NCBI GenBank assembly: GCA_964035545.1
Contig: OZ037765.1
Coordinates: forward strand, 11,480,698 to 11,544,697
Length of the DNA: 64,000 bases
Direction of reading: 5' to 3'
DNA from: Bugula neritina
Lineage: Eukaryota > Animalia > Bryozoa
Position 1 is the first letter of the stretch, and each line of letters starts with the position of its first letter. The position numbers and the translations under genes are program-made. Below are positions 30,401 to 43,700 of the stretch, piece by piece. Below the pieces are notes generated by a model, which saw nothing but the letters and a program-made list of their open reading frames with translations, was not told the DNA's origin and did no database searches.

Positions 30401-33400
30401 TTTCGCTACTTCTGTTCAGCTTAAAAATTCTGCAAAAATCGTGAAATAATAGTTTATCTGTTGAACATTTACTGAGAAAACACATTAAACAAGTTGTGAA
30501 TATTATGTTACAGTAACTACTTTCATTAAAAATGCTATTGAATGATTATATTATTTGCATTACATGTTTATTTTAAATTTAAAAAAAGCACCATAAAATA
30601 TTTGCAGTGAACAACCTACTCTGGGTAACCCTTCTGAGCAGCTTGCATAAGGGGTGTGAATCCATATTTATCTGTTACCTCTGCATTCACTTCACTGAAA
30701 CAAAGAGCTCGGTCACAGTCACACATAAAAAGGTCTAGCTTGAATATAATAATTATATTATATAATGAAATGGTGCTAAAACTTATCTGTGGGAAAACTT
30801 AAAGTAAAATATAAAATTATAAAAACTTCATAATAAATATTGCCAACAACTGATGCATGTTTTACCACCATTAAAAGTGTGCTTTTAATTGTTTTCAATT
30901 GATTATATAACCAATGTTTTAGAAAATATTTAAATCTGAATACCTGAATAATTGTGTGCAACTTACAAATAAAACTATTATCAATAAAATATTTCAACAA
31001 GTTTGATCACAAAATTTCAATTATATTATATAGCATACCATACACTACATAATTTCAACTTGGAAAGGATGTACACTGATTCATTTTAACATTTTAAAAG
31101 GATGTGCAGATAAACAGAAATAATCTGAAGGTAAGTATAATGTGAATTCAATTCATTATTGTTATAAACTATAATGAGAACAGCTGGCATTAAATACAGA
31201 AACAATCATAAATTAAATATATATATATATATAATATGTTATATATATACATATATATGATATATAATATAATATATAATATATATAATTTGATAGATAA
31301 AATACAGAGTAATTTCGAGAAAGATATCACATACTGCAGAGTGCAGGCAGAAACTGTGATAAATTACTGAATTGTAAATATTACTCATTGTGCAGTAAAT
31401 GAAACAGAATCACTGCAATTAAATCATGTGTTAGTAAACCAGACACACGTAGTGTTAAATACACTATGTATTGTAGCATAGGTACCTGTCCATACCAAAA
31501 CTACAAAAATGTGAAGAACAATTAAAGAAAACCTGACATTTACAACCTAGACGAATTAATGCTGCAAAACACAAGATGTGAAATAATATTTATGAAGAAA
31601 TCAGACAATTGCAGTAATGGAGCATCAGTAATTGATGGGAGTCCAAATAGTTTCCTATCTCTAAATAGTTCGGTACAATAACATAATTTGTGTTGAAAAT
31701 TATAACACAGCATGATTATATTTTAACATCTAATTGCAATACTTTTGAGAATAAAAAATCATTAGCTAATATTAGCATAAAAGATGAGCCAACATTTGCT
31801 TGAAGTAAATGTCAACTTTATGATAAAATAATACCACACCAACAATGAAAATCAATATATGTAATAGGCATATATGTTGGCAGTTATTTTAATTAATCAA
31901 TTTTCTTTAAAAATCTACTCACTATTCAGTTTTCTACTGTAACTTTTTAGAATGAAAATGTAGCTTTAATTAAACATTTCTATATTATATTACATCACAT
32001 TATTATATTATGTTAATAAATAACTGATGCAATTACCCTGTTTCCAAAATTCTCTCTACTCCCATCACATCATTTAACAAAACAGCCCTGTGCAAATGTA
32101 TTCCGGTCAGTGGCTCCTCTACAAGCAAAAATATACATAAATTATATTTCTAGAAATGTCTTGTTTATCAACGAGTATGAAGAAAATGTTACTTCTAAGG
32201 AACAGACAACTCCAGATTCTCCTTTCACAATGAGCAACATATAACATCCATACTGCTCCAACCAATACAAATGTTTTCGGCCATTTAAAATGTAAGGTGT
32301 TATAAAAGATATAGTAAGCAAACTACATGTAACAGCTGAACTTCTTGTGCATTGCATTCAGTATTGAGCATACACTGTACAAATATGGATTTCTATTCAC
32401 TGGGGGAAATCGAATTGCTTGAATGATTAAATGAGTCAACAAAGAAAGACAAAAAGAAGTTTGTTTAGAAAAGGATGCAATAAATGTCAAACAAAAACAC
32501 TAATCATGCAAGAAACAAGATTCTCTGATATTTGCCGATATTTAGTCAAGATTCAGTCAATAATTACTGTTAAGGTGACAGATTGAAAAGAAAGGAAGCA
32601 TTTTGCTGAATAGCTTTACAGTGTTATATTAACAGACTACCTACGTAATACTGTATTGTGCATAGCATTTAGTGGCAGAAATTAGTTGTAGGTACATAAA
32701 CAAGTTTAGAACTCAATTTAATAATCTTAATGTTTAGTATCGAAATTACAACATTTAAGTTACAGAAATGCTAAGCCCAGATTTGTAAATAAATCAGAAA
32801 ACAACTGCAAACAGATAATTGAACTGAGGTGAAGAAAGTTGGAAGTAGTGGAGAAAAGAGAAAAAGAGAGAGAGGGAGGGGAGAGAGAAGGGGGGAGGGG
32901 AGAGAGAGAGAGAGAGGGGGGGAGAAGAGAGAGAGAGAGAGGGGGGGGAGAAGAGAGAGAGAGAGAGAAGGGGGGAGAAGAGAGAGAGAGGGAGGGAGAG
33001 AGAGAGAGAACCAAGTGAGGGAGAGAGAAGGAATCAGGTGGGGGAGAAAAAGAAAGACTTACTTGTGGTGGAAACACTCGTTACTTGACTCCATTCACTA
33101 TTTCCTTCATCATTTTGGAAGCGTATTCTGTATCGGTAGAGAGTCTGTGGCTCAAGTCCTTCCATAGAGTGTCTCTTTGCATAGCCCCTGCAAACAGCAG
33201 CACTAAATTACATAATTGTAAGACCCAGGTGCCCAATACATATCATACACATTATATAAATTAATATCAACCTCACAAGCAGTAAATTGCATGCTTGGGT
33301 TTACTAAAAAATAACAACAATTATGTCACGAATTAAAATTTGCATAGGGAATACAGATCTGTGTTTTGATAGCCAGGTTAGGAGAACAATGGGGCTATCA

Positions 33401-36197
33401 CTAGATTAATAATAAATGTGCTAATCCTCTGGGAAATGCTCAACAAATATATAGGAGTTATTTCAGGGCATAAAATCTACTCATGGCCACGTAACATCCC
33501 CTATATTTCTTACAAGGCCTAGTAACCAGTTGACACTGCAAAATGTATAACTATGCTTCGCTGTAAATTAGAATTACAGGTAATCATCATTAAGCAATTG
33601 TGATACAATAGATTTTGGAAACTAGCGTAGCAATGGGATTGGAAAAGCCAAGGTTTGAAAAAATTAGATAAAAATACAATAACAAAGGCAATCAATTTAT
33701 TATCAGTTTTATAACACAGGAGTAAACAAATATTCTAGAAAATTCTAATAACCAGTTACTATATTTAATATAACTTGTATTATTTTTTCAATTATCTAAT
33801 GCCAAGAAACAAGAGCAAGCTTTTACTCTGTAGATCACAACCGTAACTCACTCTGAATATATAATGGCACATAAATATTTAAAACTATTGATTTATAGGT
33901 TTGCAACTATTGAATTTGAGGAAAGTAAATGTATAGATTTCTTTGAAACAATATTTTTATCTTTTATCTAAACATTAATAGCTCAGCAAGTTTACACTCC
34001 TCCTTAATACCTCTTAACATTTGTTGCCCCAAGTGTTCATGATCTAACGATATTATAAAATTCTGACTACAATTTAAACTGATAGTGGCTGAAAAACTGA
34101 ACCAACTTTGTAGGACATGCAAATAAATGAATGATTATGTACTGCACAGGCTATAATATCAGTTTAAATGATGGTACATATGGCTGATGGTGCATTAAAC
34201 TCTACTTTCAATTGAATTATTCTACTTGATTTGAGGGCATACTGTCAACTGCTTGTAGTATCGAAGGCAAATTTCAATTAGCTTTACATTTGATCTAATA
34301 TCAATATTCACCCAAATAGATTTTGTTTAAAGATACAAAACCTGGCCACCTGTCAACAGGTGTGCTACATTGATAGTTACTATACAAGTAGGAGCTGATT
34401 AGCATGCAGTTTAGTTCAGCACACAGTTTCATATTATGATTTTCAACTTTCATAGCAAATATTATATCTTCTATTTCGCCATTTAAGCTACACTCTATAT
34501 TCTAGTCTCATTATACAAATCTTTTTAAGTTATAGTAATATCATTTCAAAGGTGATGAATCTACATTCATATACATACACGTATACAGTGCCCCATTCCC
34601 CCTGTTTGTCTTCTTCCTGCACAGCTACCCTAACTCTCTCATCTCCGCACAGATTATTATCACAGGCATCATTTAGAGCATCTTCCCAGTAGAGCTCTAT
34701 GTTATGATGAGTCACCTTGCCAACAATGGGTGGCGGAGGTCTTTCAGGAGCACCTGGGTTCAAGGACAAACAAACATTTCAATACAAGGAGTTAATTGGT
34801 CGAACCAAACAGTTATTTCTCAAACATTTCATTGTAATGACTGATCCAAAAAATTACTTTTAGTATTGATCTAAAATTTTCACAGATAACCAACATGTGA
34901 ATTTATAGCCTAAATTCGTAAAATACAATTATTTAACTCAGTCGTGATACTGGAAATGAGCATTGTTGTGAGAAAAAGCTGAGTTTAAAAGAAATAGTAA
35001 TCTACTGTGTAAACTTGATACACTATTTATGTATAGAAAATGAACTGGTTTTCTATAAACTATAATGAAAGAAATATAAGTAATAATTCATTTCACTGTG
35101 AAGTAGTCTAGAATGAAGGTTGCAAGGAATATATACCCATCAGAAGAAGAATGGAAATGCCGCTAAATGGCAATAATGAAAGTCACTAGAAAATATCGAA
35201 ACTCCAGCAGTTACAAATGAACAGGCTTTAGCCCAAAAAGAAAAACATCATTAGACATTTCAGAAAAGGTGCACATTAACAGAGCTTATTTGCTCACACC
35301 TACCAATTTTTATTACAGAAGACTATTGGTAAAATAATAGCTACTTAAAAAATTATATAAAAATTAAAGAATAAAGATGTAAGTAGAAACACCGAAAACA
35401 TATGTGAGGGCAAATCTTGCTACATCAGACTAGATACAGGACAAACAGAAGATCTGAAACATTTAGACCAGCATATCATGTGTAAAGGTCTAATGAGTTT
35501 GATGAGAAATAATAACGCTAATATTTAAACATAATCATCACCATAAAATACATAGTAAATATAATTAAAGTTGCAAAACATGCACACTTGGGTAAAATTA
35601 CACACACTGGGCCACCCTTTAAATTGAAATGATAAACAAATAAACTCTCAACAAGGTCATCACTACTTCTACAACTCTAAAGAATTGCAAATTTATTCTA
35701 CAGAATGTGTGATGTGTGGGAATGGAAGTTACTACAAAACATTAAGTTACCAATACCGTAATAAAAAGCTAAAATATTATTGAAAACAACACCTGACATG
35801 CATATCACATATTAAATTTAACAATAACAATACATTTTAACAATAACTTATATGTAAGGCCAAAGTATTTAAGAAATGCAATAAATCAACAGGCTGAAAT
35901 CAAAATTGAAGTTATAAAGTTTTCAGTAATAATTTACTATCTCCAACAGCAAAAATATTCAGAAACAAAATTTGTTGCACAAAACATTTCAAAATCTTTT
36001 GTGATCAAAATATAGAATGTCTAGACTTTAGATGGTTCTTTTATTTTGTAACTAAAAGCTAAAAAATTAACAATGCTTCTTGAAAGAAATTGTATTGGAA
36101 AACCTTTAGCCTGATTATATGCCTTTCAATGTGCAATAAGTTTTAATTATTTGGTTATTACAGACTAATAATTGAAACAACATGACTCACCAGACAT
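27449..36197 (-). CDS. FANK1: Fibronectin type III and ankyrin repeat domains protein 1; exons 36197-36191, 34753-34579, 33187-33063, 32118-32037, 30694-30620, 30233-30168, 29097-28883, 28738-28566, 27981-27937, 27505-27449
   Basis: FN3 domain PPPPIVGKVTHHNIELYW..GYAKRHSMEGLEPQTLYRYRIRF..EWS, then EPLTGIHLHRAV and ankyrin repeats DKYGFTPLMQAAQKG, DSGKTALMLATFAG, WTPLLRCAAVNG, DGKTALMIAVINGH. The N-terminal exon is less certain. Confidence 0.92.
31216..31270. repeat. (AT)n-rich microsatellite
   Basis: atatatatatatataatatgttatatatatacatatatatgatatataat... Confidence 0.7.
32852..33050. repeat. Polypurine (GA)n/G-run tract in a FANK1 intron
   Basis: About 200 bp of gagagag and ggggg runs, directly after the minus-strand donor at 33062. 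Confidence 0.9.
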
Positions 36198-37379
36198 TAC
36201 AACTGTGTTTAATATCAAACTAAAGGTCACTGTAGTTCAGGTAAATCCCATCAACTATCTGATTGAAACTCTGGGGTCTTTTATCTGACTGAAATATGTA
36301 AACTGTTATTACATAAATTAATGTTATGCTTCATTGTAAAACTAGCAGAAATATTGTAAATTCTAGATTAGTAATTCATTAGCAAAAAATCTATAACTGT
36401 AACCAATGAACTAATAAAACAACTCAAATACTCCTATATTTATTTTCACATTCATTTAAGCTTTAGAATCTCTAATGAATCTTTTATAATTAAGTGTATG
36501 GAAGAAAAAAGAAAGCAACTTTTAGATAATTCAAATGACCAACTTTCTTTTTCATGTAAACAATACATGCTACAATTACAATCCATTACACCAACAGCTT
36601 TAAAACATAAAAAACTTCACTGCAAGGGCAAATTAAGTTACAACACTAAAAGAAAAAGTGGATATAGTTACTAGTAAATCATAGAAGCAGACACAAACAA
36701 TGCCAATACAAGTATTATTGGTCATTGCAGCACAACAATTGAAGTATATTTACTTCATTTAGATTCTACATAGATTAAAAAAAGAAAAATATTGATTCAA
36801 AATATAAATTCTATGTAATCTATGTTACAGATTTTAGCATAGTAAAAGTACAAATATTACATTTTTCTAATCAGGCAAGATTCTTACTCCGGACTCAATC
36901 TGACAGACATTGCTAGAAGATGAACATAAAAGTTTGACTATTAACCTAAATGAGTTAATACTTGCAGCTCTGGTGTTTATGCTTCAAATTATACTACTGA
37001 TCATATGCCAGATCACACTACAATAATCATCTGACTAAAATTGACAAATCACTTGTATAATTACAATCTTATTTGTAGCTATTATCATATAAACCAAAAT
37101 GAATTTAATTTAATATTTTTAAAATAGTATCACAGATAATGCAATTGCAAGTGTAAATTTATAAATTAGTCTCACTATTACTGTATCAGTATTACTTACT
37201 AGTAGCATAAAAGCAAACATAACAATTTTTTAAAAACCAAGAGCAGTATTAAAAGTGAAATGTTTATTTTGCAAAAATACTAAATAAATAAACCAAAACT
37301 CACACTGGTTACTTATTACATTAGTCCTACCTTGACTTTCATCATTAATATAAATTTAAAAAGTTAATATGGCAAAGCC

Positions 37380-38010
37380 TAGTATAACTAATACTATAAG
37401 TATGACATTAACTATATGGGCAAATGGTTAGGCTTAGCTTGGTGGCTATGTCTATTAAATTATTACTGTATATTTACAAACTTCTGCTGAGGCACTGTAA
37501 CTGCTTCTTTGAATTGGGGTTATACAGAATAAGTTATAGTACTAGTAAGACTAATAGTTAGAGAAGGTTTAAAACAGTAATTCAGATTGTAAATACCAAT
37601 AACTATATTTTATAAGTATAAGTATTATAACAAAACAAATACATTCAGAATCAGATGATACTCTTACTGATAAGCATCATCTGATCATAATCATGCTGAG
37701 CCCAAATTTGAATATCATAATCATTATGATTAACAGAATGATTATGATAATTATCATTATTAATCTTAATGTTATAATATAAATATTCTTATATTCATTT
37801 TGACAGTGATACTCAGACTGGCATTTTAATTCTTAGCGCATATTGATATAGTGATATACTGTAACTGTACGTGTATAATCTTAATCGTACCGATACACTT
37901 ACAGTCACAATAAAACTAAATCAGCATGAGTATAACTATGAGCATCACTCATTCTTAAAGTCACTTTGAATAACTGAATAACTAATAAGTAACTACTAAC
38001 TAGCAACTGT
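37380..38010. repeat. Degenerate 3/6-periodic tract in the FANK1 first intron
   Basis: tataac taatac tataag tatgac ... aatcat tatgat taacag aatgat tatgat aattat cattat ... taataag taactac taactag. Confidence 0.6.
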
Positions 38011-38053
38011 AAGTGCAACGCTAAATCAAAATGAAAATGTGGCAGAAAATCAC

Positions 38054-38568
38054 CTTCAGAATATTCGCTTGGCCAATGAAAAAGAAATAATTTACAACAA
38101 TGCTACGGCTGGAGTTAGTAGCGTCAACTTAGCAGTAGTTCGAAACGGCCAACAAAATATTATTTTCAATTTGGGTGCACACTTCTTGTAAGAAGGTTCT
38201 TTTCAATTTGTTTACCCAGGCAACCAATGAGTGATCTAGAAAAGAATGGCAATTATTGGCTGTTTGCGAACACAAACATCAACATACTATAATGCAAATT
38301 AATTGTTTTGCAAAAAGAAAACATAAAACTTATAAGATTAAAATTCAAATTGTAATTTTATTTCAGGCTTTTCACACCAACTAATATTGGCTAATGATAT
38401 CTTTTAGAAACAAAATGAATAACGTCGCATTGTGTGTTGGGGGAGATAAATCTACATTTTGCTCGTGAGGCCTTTTTCAACGTCCCTGAACGACTAGACC
38501 TGCAAGAAGACATCGCACCACTAAACTTGCCCGTTACTACACGTCATTGTCCGTGGATTTTCCAAATC
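38054..38568. promoter_or_regulatory. Putative bidirectional promoter and non-coding first exons for FANK1 (-) and PERK (+)
   Basis: CpG-richer island; several CCAAT/ATTGG sites (about 38073, 38225, 38255, 38386); X-box-like gtttacccaggcaac at 38210-38224; donors at 38053 (-, gtgat) and 38569 (+, gttagt). Confidence 0.55.
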
Positions 38569-38689
38569 GTTAGTGATTTTACCAACATTAGTAATTGCGA
38601 CAGTTAGCAAAGTAATAATGTTAGTTTTGTTCTAGAACCAACTGCAAATGCAAGAGTATCCAACCCCAGTTGACTATCACTATATTATA

Positions 38690-39610
38690 TAGTTAATGGT
38701 TATAGCTTAATTAGGCTATTAATTTATTTAACTATTACTTATTAGTATTAGTATTACTATTAGACATTAGTAATCAGTGACTGTGAGTGTAACTTACCAA
38801 CTATCACACTCACTCTCAGTATCACTAATCTAATTCTATTAGTATACTTATACTTATAGTATAAGTATACTAATAGAGTTAGATTTACTAATACTGATAA
38901 TATATTATTAATATACAGTTATTATTTATAGCTTAAATACTAAAATAGACAATTAATGTGTTTAGTTATTAGCTTAATACCTTAAACTGGCTTAAAGTTA
39001 AAGTTTAAACCTAAAGTTAACCATAGCGATTCAGCCATTCACCATTCACTGTGATTCAGTGATTCACGTAACCGTGGTCTCAAGTTTGCAGTTCAGATTA
39101 TTATTATGATTATTATAAAGTGATTACTATTAATATTATGATTATGAGATTGTAATTAAGTTATTAAGTTTAATTCTTAATGATTAACATAATGGTGATC
39201 ATTGTGATTATCATTGTCATACAGTCACATTGAGTCATTGTGATTGTCATTATGATGATGATGATTATTATGATAAGTGATCATGATTAATATTATCATT
39301 ATAATACTAATAGTTATGCTTATAGTTATAGTTATACTAAATATGAAATACTAATAGTATTACTATTAGTAAATGTAATACTCACTCAAATAGTATAACT
39401 AAAAGTATGGAGATTACTGATTATAAAATTATGCTTTAGCTGAAAGTTAAACAGATCAGATTATGATCAGTAGGCTAATCACTGATTAGCGATTAAGCTC
39501 TGGGCCTCGCTTAGCATAATAAATTAATTATTGCTACTATTAAGTATTACATTTACTTTTAGATTTACTATGATGGTATGAGACTGAGTATTACTATTAC
39601 TATTAGCAAT
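38690..39610. repeat. Degenerate 3/6-periodic tract in PERK intron 1
   Basis: attagt attagt attact attaga cattagt ... gatcat tgtgat tatcat tgtcat ... tatagt tatagt tatact. Confidence 0.75.
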
Positions 39611-40721
39611 ATTATATTGAATATATTTGAAGCAAAACATGAAAGAATTTCTCTGGTTAAATTTACTTCTAGCATAAGTAGCAGCTGCTTCAATTTCATC
39701 TATCACAAATGCTTACGATGACTCTGATCTTAGAAATTACTCCTATACAAAGTGAAAGTTTCAATTTAATACTAAAAATGGTTAGATTCATTTTGAGCTT
39801 GCAATCCTAATTTCGAGAAATATTAAAATAGCTAATGTTGCCCTTACTGATTACCATACTTATAATAATTTTATTCTAACAAATATTAATAAGTTCTATG
39901 GTAAACTAGAAAAAAGTTTAGTTGCTTATTTAAATCATATTTAGCATCTGCATAGTAATAATAATAAGTTAGATGATTGTTGAATAAAATTAAAACAGGC
40001 CTAATTTTAAATGCATATAACAAAAACTCTTTACATCAAGGGTTTTCTCACAGGGATAGTGACTATAAGTTTACTTTTTTTTTATTTTAAATGCATTTTA
40101 GTTTGCTGTCCTGCAACAGACAGCAAGCTGGCAAATATAAAAGTTAGATATACTGTCGGGCTGTCTCCTTACTAGCTTCAAGCTATTAGACAGTACTCTT
40201 TTGCTTCTTCTTTTTGTACTCCTTTTTCCTTGGCTTAGCTTAAGATTTGTATTTCTTTTATATTTTTCTTTCTATATTTACTATTAGAAGCGATAAATTA
40301 AAAACAACAACAACTGAATGATTGCTGTCACGAACACAAAAATTATAACTATTTATGAGTCAAGTAACACGGTAATTTATTGAGTGTCATAGTGATTAAT
40401 ATCTAACAGTAATACCTAACCCGGTTAATTTCTGCAAAAAAATTACTCTTTATATAAGCTTGCATAAAGTTTATAAGGTCTACTTAGGCAGTTTATCCTT
40501 TCAACATTTTTATGTGCAGTGCAATGTAAAACTTGTCTGTGCCCTATATTCCACCAAAAGCACAATATCAAGAGAGAGTGGGGGTTTGACATGCTTATAA
40601 AGGGGAGATAATTAATATAAAGAAGGTTGTATGACTACCCGGAATTATTTATTAGTTTGAATCTAAGCATTGCAACAAACAAAATGCTAATAAGTTCAAT
40701 AAATTATTTTATCTTTCAGAA

Positions 40722-40796
40722 ATGCAGGATGTTGCTGCACATATGAGCCTAGCTCATTTGTGTTACTCGTTTGAGTCTAGTGAAAAGCAAAAATGA
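40722..40796 (+). promoter_or_regulatory. 24-aa uORF whose TGA overlaps the PERK start codon (aaaATGA)
   Basis: [24 protein letters not shown]; main ATG at 40793-40795, uORF stop at 40794-40796. Confidence 0.6.
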
Positions 40797-43700
40797 TAAG
40801 CTTTGGACGGACTTCAAAGAAATTTTATTATATGTGGCTAGTTTTAGTGTCAACACAGCTGCTTAAACATTTAGTCGCAGAACAAGATGACCGTGGTGCT
40901 CTCATCCAACACAAAACTTGCAACCTTGGTCACAGGTAAATTAATTCTTGTACAAGCTTACTTTATTTTCAGCTCATAGGATATTATCTTCTTGTAAACC
41001 TGTTAAAGATCCATATTAAATGTTCATTACATGTTTTTATTTGCAACTTTTATTTTTACATGTCTTTATTTGTTAATATAGAGGCCTGCTGTTAGTTAGT
41101 TTGATGAATGGTGAAGTTGCTGCTTTGAATCTATTTGATGGAACAGTATTGTGGCAGATATCTACTGGCCAAAAGCTCTTGTGTTCTAGTTTATCTACTC
41201 TAGAGGTCAGTTGTGTATGCTTCAATTTGGATGTCTAAGTTTAATTTTATTTGTTTATAATATTTAATTTAGTTTGTAATTTCAGCATCACCTTCGTTGG
41301 AAAAACTCAAATACTTCAATTAAATACTTTCAGTTACATTACAACAAATGATGAAAGAATTTTAACTTACTCATAGTTTTCTGAGAATGATTGCCATGTG
41401 AGTAATATAATTGTTTACAGGTCCTATACAATGGTATTCCAACTAGACTCGTTCCTTCGCTAGATGGATCTCTTTTCCGCTTCCACAATGAACATTTCGA
41501 GCCGTTACCTTTCTCTGCCGAGACCCTTTTATCTTCTTCTTTTAAACTTCCTGGAGACTCTACAATGGTTGGGTCAAAGGAGTTACGAACTGTTGGTTTA
41601 GACCCTGCATGTGGCCAGGTTGGTAAACAATTCAGTCAGTGTGCATATATATATTGATGACCTATTCAAGTTCTCATAATGTTCAAAGAGTTGTTATTTT
41701 GATTGATCAACATCAATATTGTACAATGTTTATAATACTCTATTGTATGTTTAGCTCTTTTATCGCTGTGATAAAGACGGTTGTGATAGAAGAGAGCAAA
41801 GTTTGCAGGAGAAAGATGTTCTTGTAATTAAGCACATGACACACACTGTTAGAGCTGTTTCTGCCAGGGATGGGGCTGAGAAGTGAGTATTAAAACATGA
41901 CATTAAGGTGTAAACAGTTTGATTTATTGCTTATTTTAACTTTTTTTATAAATTTGTGTAAAATTTAGAGTAGCCGTATTTATTACTAGTATAACTATGC
42001 TATTTGTGCCAAAAATAATTGAGAAACTTTATCATTTTTTATGAAACTTCATCATTTTTTATGAAAATTTTTATTCAGCCTACATTCATACTTTGTCATC
42101 GGTTTCTTCAATACTTTATATTAAATCTCATGCTAATGCATTGTTTTGCAGGTGGAATTTTAGTGTTGGGCACCATGAATTGGGTTTTTCAGAAAAAATG
42201 GATTCTGTTTATACCTCTGATGGCAAAGAGCAATGCGACTCTTCATTTTGTCAAACAAGTTTGTATCATTTATCACTTTAAATCTTCATTGTTTTATGTT
42301 ATAGTATCATAAACTTGTATTTTATCGTATAACAGCTATGAACAAAATCTACATTCTAAAATAGTGTTTGAAGAAAGCTAAAAAATGAATGCCAAATTTT
42401 ATAAACTTCACTTTTGATTTCAGAATTACCAACACTAAAGTTTTCTATATCTGACGGAATGGTTAGACGACAGAGTTTTGAAAATACTTTAGAGAAGTTG
42501 TGGGAAAGAAAGGTAAGCTATGCTTGACTTCTGCCACAATCATTTATTATCTAGTTCTGTTGTATCAGGTTTGTGAAATCAAAGCTTTATATCTATCTGT
42601 ACAAACCATGAATTTGACTGAGCTCTCCCTCTAATTGTATGTTTAGCTAGTGGCTCCTATATCAAAAGCATGGGTACTGGTTGATGGACAACTTGAGAGC
42701 ATAGATCTACTCAACCGTAATCACCTGATACTAGAAGAGCAAATATCTAGCTCTGATTTCGAAACTCTTCCGCCACCGTCACTTTATGTTGGTGAGCTTT
42801 TAATCTCTAGATTACCTGGTTATACAGAATCCCATTGATATGATTTTCAAGAAAGTTGTTGGTGCAACTTTAAAGATTGTAAGTAGAGCAAATTAACTCT
42901 GTGTTAAATTTTTTTATTGCCAAATAATCAAGTGTAGTTTTACTTTTGTCTAAAGACTAATTTTCGATGTTCTGTAATGGCCATAATACTTTTCATTCAT
43001 ATTTTGATTATGCTGAATTGAATTTTTATTCTTATTTTAATAAAATTGGAATTGTTTGTCAATTTGTTACATTATCCACAGTATAATTTATGTTATTTTA
43101 CTACTATTGTTTTCAGGGGTTTATGACAAGCAGGTGTACCTCCAGCCATCTGAGTTATTGCTGAAGAATATATCTTCTCTAGCAATAAAAAGTAGTGGTA
43201 GTCTCTTTGCAGACCTTCCCAAGGTTCAATGGGCTCCTTATTTAGCATCAAGTAGGTCTTTATGTTTATGTGTTTGCATTATTTTGGCTTTAACATATGT
43301 AATTTCGGACGGTAAAGATTGTTGAAAAATAATTTGATAAATCTAAAAAAAGTTTCATATGAAAGTTTCTAAAATTGTTCAATATTTTTATGGTAAATCT
43401 TTAGTTTTTTTATGAAACTCATCGTTTATGCGAGTATCTCTAATTGAAACCAGTTGTCTCATAAACGTATATTATATTGTAATTATGGTTTTATTCATAG
43501 CTCTACTTTTTTGATCTGGAAAGCCAAAAAACACATTTTTATTATTTTGTAATTTGTTGATAGGCATAGATGTAGCAATTTATTTCAATTAAGAAATTAC
43601 CGGATACGTCTTTCATCAATGTATGTTTCAATTTATCTGTATTTAGTCTACATTCTCTTCATAGCGGTATTTTCCAATATATTGTATGTAGCTAGAATTT

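Noticed and set aside
32760-33167. Arg/Glu-rich and Ser/Leu/Pro-rich ORFs
   Set aside because: They are translations of the GA microsatellite in a FANK1 intron.
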